32,523 bases of DNA from a virus (Duplodnaviria; Caudoviricetes), in the IMG/VR virus record IMGVR_UViG_3300042987_000227, positions 1 through 32,523 of that record; one strand, given 5' to 3'. The position numbers and the translations under genes are program-made. Numbering within the stretch: position 1 is the first letter of the stretch; each line of letters opens with the position of its first letter. The notes under the pieces were generated by a model that saw only the letters and a list, made by a program, of their open reading frames with translations, was not told the DNA's origin and ran no database searches. Positions 7,779 to 16,595 of this stretch are shown here, one piece after another.

Positions 7779-8798
7779 GTGGCTAACACTCTTGTAACTC
7801 CTGTAGGTCGGATTAATAATACTAGTTCGACCCCCCTTGCTCTTGGTACTGCTTATGATACCAAGTATGCAACTTATCTGAAACTGTTCTCTGGCGAGAT
7901 GTTCAAAGCCTATGAAGGCGCGACTATCGCTAAGGGCACTGTGCAGAGCCGTACCCTGAAGAATGGTAAGGCTATGCAGTTCATCTTCACCGGCCGTATG
8001 GAGGCCGCTTATCACGAGCCCGGCACCCCGATCCTGGGTTCTGGTGATCCTCCGGTGGCTGAGAAGACCATCGTCTGTGACGACCTTCTCATCTCCAGTG
8101 CATTCGTATATGATCTGGATGAGACTCTTGCTCACTACTCCCTGCGTTCTGAGATCGCTAAGAAGATTGGTTATGCTCTCGCTGAGGCATATGATAAGAA
8201 GATCTTCCGTCAGATCGCTAAGGCTGCTCGTGAAGCTCACCCCATCACTGCCGCTCCTGGTCCTGAGCCCGGCGGTTCTGTGATCCAACTCGGTGCTAAT
8301 AAAGAGTATGATGCTCAGGCACTGGTTGATGCCTTCTTCGAGGCTGCTTCTATTCTCGATGAGAAGAACCTGCCTAAGCAAGGTCGTACTGCTGTTCTCA
8401 GCCCTCGCCAGTACTATGCTCTGGTGTCTCAGGTTGATAGCAACATCCTTAACCGTGACTACGGCAACAGCCAAGGTAACCTGAACAGTGGTGAAGGTCT
8501 CTATGAGATCGCTGGTATCTCTATCAAGCGTTCCAACAACCTGCCCTTCCTGGCCGGTAACGTGTCTTCCGTCAACGGTGAGAACAACGACTACTCCGGT
8601 AACTTCAGCACCCACTGTGGTCTGATCTACTACAAGGATGCTGCTGGTGTTGTGGAAGCTATTGCTCCCTCCGTGCAGACCACCTCTGGTGATGTGTCGG
8701 TTATGTACCAGGGTGACCTGATCGTGGGTCGTCTGGCTATGGGCTGCGGTACCCTGAACCCCGCTGCTGCTATCGAGCTGCAGTCGGCTCGCTCCTGA
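7779..8798 (+). CDS. Major capsid protein, T7 gp10-like
   Basis: 339 aa, GTG start. YLKLFSGEMFKAY, RTLKNGKAMQFIFTGR, DDLLISSAFVYDLDE and GCGTLNPAAAIEL motifs; visibly strong codon bias. Confidence 0.97.
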   Translation: MANTLVTPVGRINNTSSTPLALGTAYDTKYATYLKLFSGEMFKAYEGATIAKGTVQSRTLKNGKAMQFIFTGRMEAAYHEPGTPILGSGDPPVAEKTIVCDDLLISSAFVYDLDETLAHYSLRSEIAKKIGYALAEAYDKKIFRQIAKAAREAHPITAAPGPEPGGSVIQLGANKEYDAQALVDAFFEAASILDEKNLPKQGRTAVLSPRQYYALVSQVDSNILNRDYGNSQGNLNSGEGLYEIAGISIKRSNNLPFLAGNVSSVNGENNDYSGNFSTHCGLIYYKDAAGVVEAIAPSVQTTSGDVSVMYQGDLIVGRLAMGCGTLNPAAAIELQSARS

Positions 8799-8813
8799 TA
8801 AAGGAGAAGTCTA

Positions 8814-9143
8814 ATGGGATTCGCACTTGTTGACGGTGTAGGTGTCACTACTAGTGAAACTGCCTACATGCGTCCTCCTATTGAGCCTGGTCGTGAAGGT
8901 GGCACGGTTGTTACCGTAACCCGCCTTGGTGGTGGTACTGGCCAAGTGGCTGGTACTAAAGCTACCACTGATGACAACATCAACGGTACTGGCTGTACTC
9001 TTACCACTACTGTTACTGATGGCGTGGTAACTGGTCAGACTGTAGCTGCTGGTGGGGATGGCTATCGCGTTGGTGATGTGCTGTCGGTTGCTGGTACTAC
9101 TGCTGCCACCTTCCGTGTTGACACTGTTTCTTATACCAACTGA
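8814..9143 (+). CDS. Putative capsid decoration / minor structural protein
   Basis: Strong SD (AAGGAG). Gly/Thr/Val-rich with a GVVTGQTVAAGGDGYRVGDVLSV motif; co-transcribed with the capsid. Confidence 0.7.
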   Translation: MGFALVDGVGVTTSETAYMRPPIEPGREGGTVVTVTRLGGGTGQVAGTKATTDDNINGTGCTLTTTVTDGVVTGQTVAAGGDGYRVGDVLSVAGTTAATFRVDTVSYTN

Positions 9144-9154
9144 GGTACTATCTA

Positions 9155-9427
9155 ATGGCTAATCTTTCTACTGCTGCCGGTGGTAACGGTGTTGCTGGTA
9201 ACGTTAACTTCGCTACTCGCACCGTAACTGGCGCATATGGTTCTACCTATGCTGACAATGGTAACCTGGCTGTCTCTGACAACCACGCTGTTCGTCGCTC
9301 TGTGGCACGTACTCACGGCACTGCAACCGCCTCTGGCGTGTTCTCGGAGACTCAATGCCTCCGCTTTGCTTACTCTGGTGTTGAGTCGGATTCTCCCGCT
9401 CTTGATGCTAGCCGTACTGCTGCTTAA
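9155..9427 (+). CDS. Putative minor structural protein
   Basis: SD GAGG upstream; 90 aa Ala/Gly/Thr-rich with capsid-like codon bias; lies before the terminator. Confidence 0.7.
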   Translation: MANLSTAAGGNGVAGNVNFATRTVTGAYGSTYADNGNLAVSDNHAVRRSVARTHGTATASGVFSETQCLRFAYSGVESDSPALDASRTAA

Positions 9428-9439
9428 TTAGTATAAATG

Positions 9440-9485
9440 GGGATCCTTCGATGGCGACTAGCCGTCACCGGGGTCCCTTTTTTTT
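9440..9485 (+). terminator. T-phi-like intrinsic terminator after the capsid operon
   Basis: GGGATCC...GGGTCCC stem with inner GATGGC/GCCGTC stem, followed by T8. Confidence 0.85.
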
Positions 9486-9508
9486 AATTCTTTTATAACA
9501 TCATTGTT

Positions 9509-10168
9509 ATGCCAACAACCAATAACGCTCAGGCTGAGCTACAAGCTGTTAATGAAATTCTGGCGTCTATTGGTCAGGCGCCTGTTACCACCATTGAGGC
9601 ACAGACCATCACATACGAGGATGGCTCTACTGTCGAAGCTGTAATCAACCCGGAAGTTGCAATTGCATATGAGACTTTGCAACAAGTCTCTCGGGAGGTA
9701 CAGGCAGAAGGTTGGACGTTTAACCGAGAGGTTGAATATCCCCTCACCCCAACTGCTAGCGGTTATCTAGAGATGACTGGTAGTATGTTACAAATTGACC
9801 TAAGTGATACTATTGATAATAACAACTATGACACTGTTATTAGGAATGGTAGATTATATGACAAGATTAACCACACTGATATATGGGATACCACTAAGAC
9901 CTATGAGGTAGATGTGGTGTGGTATTACGACTTTGCTGATATTCCTCAGGTCTTTAGGGATTATATTACATCACGAGCAGCTACACGTTGTGCTATTCGT
10001 CTTGTTGGTGATGTTAACCTTACCCAGGCTCTTGCTTCATTTGAGACGTGGCGTAGGGCTAACTGTCTTGAGTATGAATGCAACGAAGGTGACTACACTA
10101 TGTTTGGCTTCAAACAAGGTGATGGCTTCTACAACAGTTACAAACCATTCAAGGCACTTGCACGATGA
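9509..10168 (+). CDS. Tail tubular protein A, T7 gp11-like
   Basis: ELQAVNEILASIGQAPV, VSREVQAEGWTFNRE and RNGRLYDKINHT motifs. Confidence 0.95.
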   Translation: MPTTNNAQAELQAVNEILASIGQAPVTTIEAQTITYEDGSTVEAVINPEVAIAYETLQQVSREVQAEGWTFNREVEYPLTPTASGYLEMTGSMLQIDLSDTIDNNNYDTVIRNGRLYDKINHTDIWDTTKTYEVDVVWYYDFADIPQVFRDYITSRAATRCAIRLVGDVNLTQALASFETWRRANCLEYECNEGDYTMFGFKQGDGFYNSYKPFKALAR

Positions 10169-12633
10169 CAGCAATCTCTCAACGTATACCTAACTTCATT
10201 GGTGGTGTTTCCCAACAAGCTGATGAGAAGATGCTGTTGGGTCAAGTTAAAGATGCTGTGAACTGCTACCCTGACATTACCCTTGGTATGTTGAAGCGTC
10301 CTGGTGGTAAGTTTATTGGTAGACTTGCTAATCTAACAGCTAACACTGCTGATCAAACAGCCTGGTTCAGTATGTTTAGAGATAACCAAGAGAAGTACAT
10401 TGCTAATATTACCTCTGCTGGTGTTATTAAAGTATGGAACCTGTTGACTGGTTTAGCTGGTACCGTAACCTACCCTGCTGGTAAACAGGTATCTATTGAA
10501 AATTATCTCACAGCTACTGACTATCGCAGCATCAAAACCCTTACTATTAACGACTTCACCTATATTGTTAACAGTGAGAAAGTAGTCACCGCTAAAGCTG
10601 CTCCATCGTGGAATGCTAAGCGACAAGCCACTATTGTTATTGCTGGTGTCGAGAACGATGCTACCTATACAGTTAAGATTGGTGCTTCTACTTTTACCTA
10701 CACTTCTCCAGCACCTCCTGTAGCGCCTGCAACAGCACCTACTGCTACTATTGCTATTGTTGCAGCTGGCCTATCTGCTGCCATCACCAGTGGCTTTGCT
10801 ACTAAGACAGTTATTGATAACACCATCTACCTTACCTTTAGCTCAGATACTGATGTGTCTGGTAATGCCGGTATTGATGGTAAAAGTATTCGTGTATTTC
10901 AGGACTCAGTAGATACATTTGCACGGTTACCTGAGCAAGCTAAGCATGATCAAGTTGTTAAAATCAATAACACTTCAGCTAACCAAGATGACTTCTACCT
11001 GAAGTTCATTGCTGATGATGGTAATAGTGGTAAAGGTTACTGGGAAGAGACAGTCGCACCTAACGTTAGCACTGGCCTAAATGAGGCTACAATGCCCATT
11101 GCATTGATCCGCACTAGTGTTAGTCCATTGACGTTTAGAGCCACCTTCCTGGACGGCTCAGAGACCATTAACAGTCTTCCTCTACTGTGGGAGCCACGGT
11201 TGGTTGGTGATAATGAATCCAACAGTCATCCATCCTTTGTAGATAACACTATCCAGGATATCTTTCTATTCAACAATAGGCTTGGATTCCTGACTGAAGA
11301 TAATGTCTCCATGTCTCAAGCTGGAGATTACTATAACTTCTACCACAAGTCTGCTACTACGATCACTGCTGCTGATCCTATTGATCTTAGTTGTGCAAGT
11401 ATTAAACCTGCTATTGTTCGTTCTGTTGTACCTACCACTCAAGGTCTACTCTTGTTTAGTGATAGTCAACAGTTTATGATGGAAGCTGAGAATGGTGCTT
11501 GGACACCTTCTAACTGCTCTATCAGTACTATTGCTAACTACGAATGTGATCGGTATATCAAACCGATAGACATAGGTTCTACTACCATGTATGTTAGTCG
11601 TAACCAAAGTTGGTCTAGAGTGTTTGAGATCTTCACTAGAGGTCAACGCGAAACACCTAGTGTGACTGAAACTACTAAGATTGTACCTGAGTGGATGCCT
11701 AATGGTATTACAGATACCGCTGGTAGCGCTCAGAATGGCCTCTGGGTGGCCTCTGGCCGTACGTCTAAGTACTTGTATATTCATAGGTTCTATGAGCAGG
11801 GTGAAGAGCGTCCTATGGCTGCCTGGGTGAAGTGGTTACTTCCCTCTAATGTCATCCATACAGCTATCCAAAATGATATCCTCTATGTACTCACTAGTGG
11901 TACAGAGGGTTATACACTGACTCAACATAAACTTGTCCTTGCACCTAGTACAGGTGGACTGATTAACATCCTTGGTAATGCAGTTGACCCATCTCTTGAC
12001 TCATGGTGTGAAGTAACTGATGCAACGATGGTATCACCAGTACCACCTACTGCACCATCATACAACCAAGTCAACGATACAACGAAGGTATATCTACCAA
12101 CCTACTTCAACACTACTAAGACAATCAGGTATGTGGTTGGTTTGAAGAAGGTACCACCTGTTGGTACTGAATCTGGCTATACCAATGTAGCTACTCTACT
12201 AACTGATGGTGGTGGTACATACTTCAATATCCCTGGTGATGCTAGCGGTAGTTACATCTATGTTGGTTATGAGTACAACATGGAGATCATCCTTCCTAGG
12301 TACTACTACAACATGGGTCAAGCTGGTGTTGACTTTACTGCTGTTACTACCACTTCTCGTATGGCATTCTATACAGGTCTTGGTGGTGACATCTATTTCA
12401 ACCTAAAGGACCGCACTAGATCTGAGTGGTATAATGTTAACGGTTCCAAGATTGCTGATCTCTATACTGCTAATACATCTCCATTCAGTGATGTCTTTAT
12501 TTACAAAGTCCCAATCTATCAAAGGCCAGACAACTATACAATGAAAGTAACATCAAATACTCCGTTCCCTGTTAGTCTTGTGTCTATGCAGTGGGAGGGA
12601 CAATATGCACCTGGCTTCTATCGGAGGACCTGA
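10165..12633 (+). CDS. Tail tubular protein B (nozzle), T7 gp12-like
   Basis: ISQRIPNFIGGVSQQAD, GMLKRPG, FNNRLGFL, DPID, AWVKW and WEGQY motifs; 822 aa. Confidence 0.96.
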   Translation: MTAISQRIPNFIGGVSQQADEKMLLGQVKDAVNCYPDITLGMLKRPGGKFIGRLANLTANTADQTAWFSMFRDNQEKYIANITSAGVIKVWNLLTGLAGTVTYPAGKQVSIENYLTATDYRSIKTLTINDFTYIVNSEKVVTAKAAPSWNAKRQATIVIAGVENDATYTVKIGASTFTYTSPAPPVAPATAPTATIAIVAAGLSAAITSGFATKTVIDNTIYLTFSSDTDVSGNAGIDGKSIRVFQDSVDTFARLPEQAKHDQVVKINNTSANQDDFYLKFIADDGNSGKGYWEETVAPNVSTGLNEATMPIALIRTSVSPLTFRATFLDGSETINSLPLLWEPRLVGDNESNSHPSFVDNTIQDIFLFNNRLGFLTEDNVSMSQAGDYYNFYHKSATTITAADPIDLSCASIKPAIVRSVVPTTQGLLLFSDSQQFMMEAENGAWTPSNCSISTIANYECDRYIKPIDIGSTTMYVSRNQSWSRVFEIFTRGQRETPSVTETTKIVPEWMPNGITDTAGSAQNGLWVASGRTSKYLYIHRFYEQGEERPMAAWVKWLLPSNVIHTAIQNDILYVLTSGTEGYTLTQHKLVLAPSTGGLINILGNAVDPSLDSWCEVTDATMVSPVPPTAPSYNQVNDTTKVYLPTYFNTTKTIRYVVGLKKVPPVGTESGYTNVATLLTDGGGTYFNIPGDASGSYIYVGYEYNMEIILPRYYYNMGQAGVDFTAVTTTSRMAFYTGLGGDIYFNLKDRTRSEWYNVNGSKIADLYTANTSPFSDVFIYKVPIYQRPDNYTMKVTSNTPFPVSLVSMQWEGQYAPGFYRRT

Positions 12634-12635
12634 GT

Positions 12636-13586
12636 ATGGATCCAATTAGTGCAATCCTCGGGATTGGCAGTGCCGTCATGGGCGGCCTAGCTGGGCAAGC
12701 TGAGGCTGATGCTCAAAATGCTGCGATTGAAGCCCAGTATAAATACAGCACTCAAGCTTGGCGCTATGGTAAGCGTAGTACCATGGCTGACTGGCGTCAT
12801 AGTACTAAACAGTGGCGGCTTAACAAAAAGAATGAAGAGACTCTAGCTGCTTTTAAAGATGCTACCAACCTGCAGGATTGGCAGTATAACCTAAAGATCC
12901 AAGACTTTGAGTACGCCTCTCAGATGAAGCAGTACGCTAAGTCTGAGCAGATCTACGGTCAGCAGCTTACCTTCAACCAAATGGCATCTGCTGTTGCTAA
13001 AGAAGCTGAGTACCGTAAGCTGGAAGACGCTATGAAAGAGATGGCATTCCAGAACCAGGATATTGTTATTAAAGCACTCCAATCAGAAGGTATCTCAGCT
13101 GTTAAAGGTCAACAAGGTAGAAGTGCAGAGAAGATGGAGCAAGCTGAGTTCGCTGCTCTTGGTCGTAACCAAGCAATCCTTGCTGAGTCTCTGTTAAGTG
13201 CTAAGGCTGATACAGAATCTGCTCTACGTAAGATTGCTAACGATAAGTTCGGTGCAGATCTTGCGGCAGAAGCTAACCGTATGCTACGTCCTGATCGTCT
13301 TCCTCAACCGCCTAAGCCTCTCACTACGCCACGTGCCAAGTATCTCAAGCCACGTAAACCTAAGGCATTTGACTTCGGTCCTAAACCAATTAAAGGTGCT
13401 ATGGCATCATCTACTGGTTCATGGATGGGAGCAGCTAGTCAAGGTTTAAGTAGTATTGCTGGAGCTATTGGTAGTGGAAGTAAGTACAACTTTAATATCG
13501 GTAGTCCATCCAACACAAGTAATCTTGGATCTCTTGGATCCAGCAACTTTGCTAGAAATATGTCACTAGATTTTGGCATTAAGTAA
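12636..13586 (+). CDS. Internal virion protein, gp14-like
   Basis: Probable start ATG 12636 (SD GGAGG; MDPISAILGIGSAVMGG). Hydrophobic Gly-rich ends, helical core with GQQGRS; syntenic position. Confidence 0.8.
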   Translation: MDPISAILGIGSAVMGGLAGQAEADAQNAAIEAQYKYSTQAWRYGKRSTMADWRHSTKQWRLNKKNEETLAAFKDATNLQDWQYNLKIQDFEYASQMKQYAKSEQIYGQQLTFNQMASAVAKEAEYRKLEDAMKEMAFQNQDIVIKALQSEGISAVKGQQGRSAEKMEQAEFAALGRNQAILAESLLSAKADTESALRKIANDKFGADLAAEANRMLRPDRLPQPPKPLTTPRAKYLKPRKPKAFDFGPKPIKGAMASSTGSWMGAASQGLSSIAGAIGSGSKYNFNIGSPSNTSNLGSLGSSNFARNMSLDFGIK

Positions 13587-13601
13587 ATCCGCTAAGTATA
13601 C

Positions 13602-16595
13602 ATGGATCAAGTAAGTTACAGAGGGTACGCCCGGAGTATAGGTTTCGATCCTATTAAAGCACCTACGGAAGGTCTTGCTCGTATGCAAGAACGCGACAAC
13701 CGTATCATACGTGGTATGGAGGAAAACCGTAGGGAAATTAAACAGGTACGAGACGAATATGGTGCTGGTCTAGAGCGTAAGCTCAGCATTGAAGCACGAG
13801 ATCGTGATCAAAACTATCAGTGGGAGAAGAAGCTTGCTGAGCAACGTCAAGAAGCTATCAGTAAGAATGCTCAAACACTAATCCAAAGTGAGCTACAGCG
13901 TGGTAAGAATGCTGAAGCTGTCTTTGAAAGTCTTTCTAAATTCAGTACAACACTTACCGAAGGCCTTACTGAATACCGTAAGGCTAAAGAAGAGTCTGAT
14001 ATGATGGCTGGCTACATGGAAGTAGCTACAGGCGGTCTATCACCTCAACGTCAGCAAGCAGTAGCTGGCGCTGAATCACTACTTAAGCAAAGTGGTGAAG
14101 CCCAAGATCAAATTGCTGAAGGATTCCAGTCAAGAGGATTGGATCCTGTTGTTGTTACCAGTCTCCTAACTGGCAATAAGGCACGTGACTACGGTCGCCT
14201 TAAGGCACACATGGAGATCATTAGTGCTGAGTTTCCAGCCTATGCTCAATCCAAATTGGATGAGATGGGAGCTGTTACTGCAGCTGATCGTACTGCAGCT
14301 ATGCAGAGCATCCTTGGTGACTTCCTAAAAGAGAATGGTGTATTTGGTCTGAGTGCCGACTTTATGGCACCTGCCCTTATGAAGATGAGGGGTACCTATA
14401 ACTCATACATTGAAGCTGCTAGGAAGTCAGATGTAGTTAACAAGTCCTCCATGATGCGTGATGATTCCCTTAGTGGTATGTCACGTACTAAGACTGGAGA
14501 AAGCCTTGCTGAGGCATTTAGGACGACTGCACGTAGCTACAGGGAAGATGGTGTTACCCCTGTTGGCAATGCTGAAGCATTAGATATTATCTTCAAGGAA
14601 CTAGCTGATACTACTCGTTACTCAGATGCTGATGTTGAGCGTATGCTCAAAGAAGCTCAGACAGATCAAGGTAGTTGGTATGACCGATTCCCTCGTCGTC
14701 TTGATGATCTGAGGAATGCTCGTATGAAGGATCAGGAAGCTGAATTCCAGCTTGTTGATGCTCAAGAGCGGCGTGAACTTAAGCGTCAAGAGGATCAGCT
14801 ACTTGATTGGGTGAAGAACAACAATCCCAATGAAGAGACCCTCCAGGCTATTATCAAGGAATCCAAAACGAAAGGTATCTCTACTGATCGTCTTCAAGCT
14901 TACCTTGCCTTCACTACTGAGCAACAGAACGCTGACTTCTGGACTAACCAGTTCCGTGAACAGTATGAACAAGGTACTCTCACTGCGGATGATGTTGATC
15001 AACCTGGTGTACCTATTGAGGTACGAGAGACATGGCGTAACCGTGCTCAACAGTTAGATCAGCAACGATCTGACTCTGGTATCAAACAAGAGACCATTAA
15101 GGCAGAACTGACTGATGCACTGAAGCAGAACCTGATTGGTGACAGCACTAGTCGTAGTGCACACTATAGTTTGCGTGGTGCTTCTGACTATGCTCTCAAG
15201 TTGTACAACCAGAAGTTTAAACAGTACGCTAAAACGATGGAACCTGCTGTTGCTGCTAATAAAGCACGACTGGATGTTCTTACTGCTATTGAAACCAAGA
15301 AGGGTGCCTTTGCTGTTATTGGGTCATCTGAAGCTGCTACAGGTAAGACGCAAGCATTCTATGCTGCCTTCACACCTGGTAAGCATCCTGGTGCTCCAGC
15401 TACTATCAACGTTATTACAACGTCTGAGGTTATTAAGAAGGTACGTGCTAATAGCAATGTAGTTAACACTGAGGTACTAGCTAGTCCTGCTCTTCTCAAG
15501 GATATTGATAACCGCATTGCTAGCGGTAAGCCTATCTCTATCCCACAGATCTACACTGATTTGTCTCGGGCATTGCCTGGGATGACACCTACTCAAATCC
15601 TTAATGCTCAACTTAGGGCTGCAGGTCTTACTCAACAAGTACGTCCTGGCTTTAGGGATCAACTAAACCAGATCAATGATCCGGTACTGCGTCGTATCTT
15701 AGATCAACCTCTTACTCAAGATCGTCTTAACACTGCCATCATTGGTAGTGGTAATGCACCTGCTACTGTACGTACAGGCAACAGTGGTTTTGCTGATGTA
15801 CAGGCACTTGGTTCTGCATCTGGCTTTAAGTTCCCTCAGGTGATGGCTGCTATGTGGGCACTAGAGAGTGGATGGGGTAAGTATACTAGTGGTAAGAATA
15901 ACGTCTTTAACATTAAGGCACGCCCTGGTCAAGGTACTATGAAGAATGGTTCCTATTGGAGGGACTATGCTTCTCCCCTTGAATCTGCTAAGGACTTCAT
16001 TAATCTCATGACTGACCCTAGATATGCACCTGGTCTCTCTAGGGCTAAGACACCACGACAAGCTATCGAGGCAATTGCAGCTGGTGGTTATGCTGGTGGT
16101 GAGGCTGCTTATCCTAGTAAGATCATTCGTGTTATGCAGCAGATGGGTGTCAATGTAGACCAACCCTATACGCCTGCTGCTACTCCTGCACGTAACCAAG
16201 CATTCATGCGTCCTACACTTGCTTACATCACAGATAACATTGGACCTACCTCTACTGGTCCTCACTTAGACGTTAAGCAACAGGACAACCCTAACACTCC
16301 TCAGAATGAATTCGCTAGGGAGTTCTCAGCTAAGGCTCTCGATCAATTCGTCATAGTAGAGGATCCTCAGTTTGGTCGTGTTCCTTTGAGTCGTATTCCT
16401 GTAACTGATACCTTTGCTGGTCACGTAGCACGTGGTTCACACGGTATTGACTACGGCACAGCTAAAGGTTCTAAAGTGTTCCTGCAAAACGGAGCACGTA
16501 TTGTATCTAAATCTCGCACACAACATGGAGATAAGTTGGTTATTCAATTGCCGGATGGTCGGCGTTTCAGTTTTTTACATGGTAGAACTCTATGA
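13602..16595 (+). CDS. Internal virion protein, gp15-like, with C-terminal GH73 glucosaminidase-like and M23-like domains
   Basis: 997 aa in gp15 position. AAMWALESGWG...NNVFNIKA...GYA...Y (GH73/FlgJ-like), then STGPHLD and HGIDY elements. Confidence 0.85.
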   Translation: MDQVSYRGYARSIGFDPIKAPTEGLARMQERDNRIIRGMEENRREIKQVRDEYGAGLERKLSIEARDRDQNYQWEKKLAEQRQEAISKNAQTLIQSELQRGKNAEAVFESLSKFSTTLTEGLTEYRKAKEESDMMAGYMEVATGGLSPQRQQAVAGAESLLKQSGEAQDQIAEGFQSRGLDPVVVTSLLTGNKARDYGRLKAHMEIISAEFPAYAQSKLDEMGAVTAADRTAAMQSILGDFLKENGVFGLSADFMAPALMKMRGTYNSYIEAARKSDVVNKSSMMRDDSLSGMSRTKTGESLAEAFRTTARSYREDGVTPVGNAEALDIIFKELADTTRYSDADVERMLKEAQTDQGSWYDRFPRRLDDLRNARMKDQEAEFQLVDAQERRELKRQEDQLLDWVKNNNPNEETLQAIIKESKTKGISTDRLQAYLAFTTEQQNADFWTNQFREQYEQGTLTADDVDQPGVPIEVRETWRNRAQQLDQQRSDSGIKQETIKAELTDALKQNLIGDSTSRSAHYSLRGASDYALKLYNQKFKQYAKTMEPAVAANKARLDVLTAIETKKGAFAVIGSSEAATGKTQAFYAAFTPGKHPGAPATINVITTSEVIKKVRANSNVVNTEVLASPALLKDIDNRIASGKPISIPQIYTDLSRALPGMTPTQILNAQLRAAGLTQQVRPGFRDQLNQINDPVLRRILDQPLTQDRLNTAIIGSGNAPATVRTGNSGFADVQALGSASGFKFPQVMAAMWALESGWGKYTSGKNNVFNIKARPGQGTMKNGSYWRDYASPLESAKDFINLMTDPRYAPGLSRAKTPRQAIEAIAAGGYAGGEAAYPSKIIRVMQQMGVNVDQPYTPAATPARNQAFMRPTLAYITDNIGPTSTGPHLDVKQQDNPNTPQNEFAREFSAKALDQFVIVEDPQFGRVPLSRIPVTDTFAGHVARGSHGIDYGTAKGSKVFLQNGARIVSKSRTQHGDKLVIQLPDGRRFSFLHGRTL

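Noticed and set aside
7737-8615. 292-aa minus-strand ORF opposite the capsid gene
   Set aside because: Antisense shadow expected from the strong codon bias of the capsid gene; no motif, and all real genes are on +.
8790-8816. Capsid read-through or frameshift extension (T7 gp10B-like), since ORF 8814 is in frame with the capsid
   Set aside because: Double stop TGA-TAA, a strong separate SD (AAGGAG) and no slippery sequence seen.
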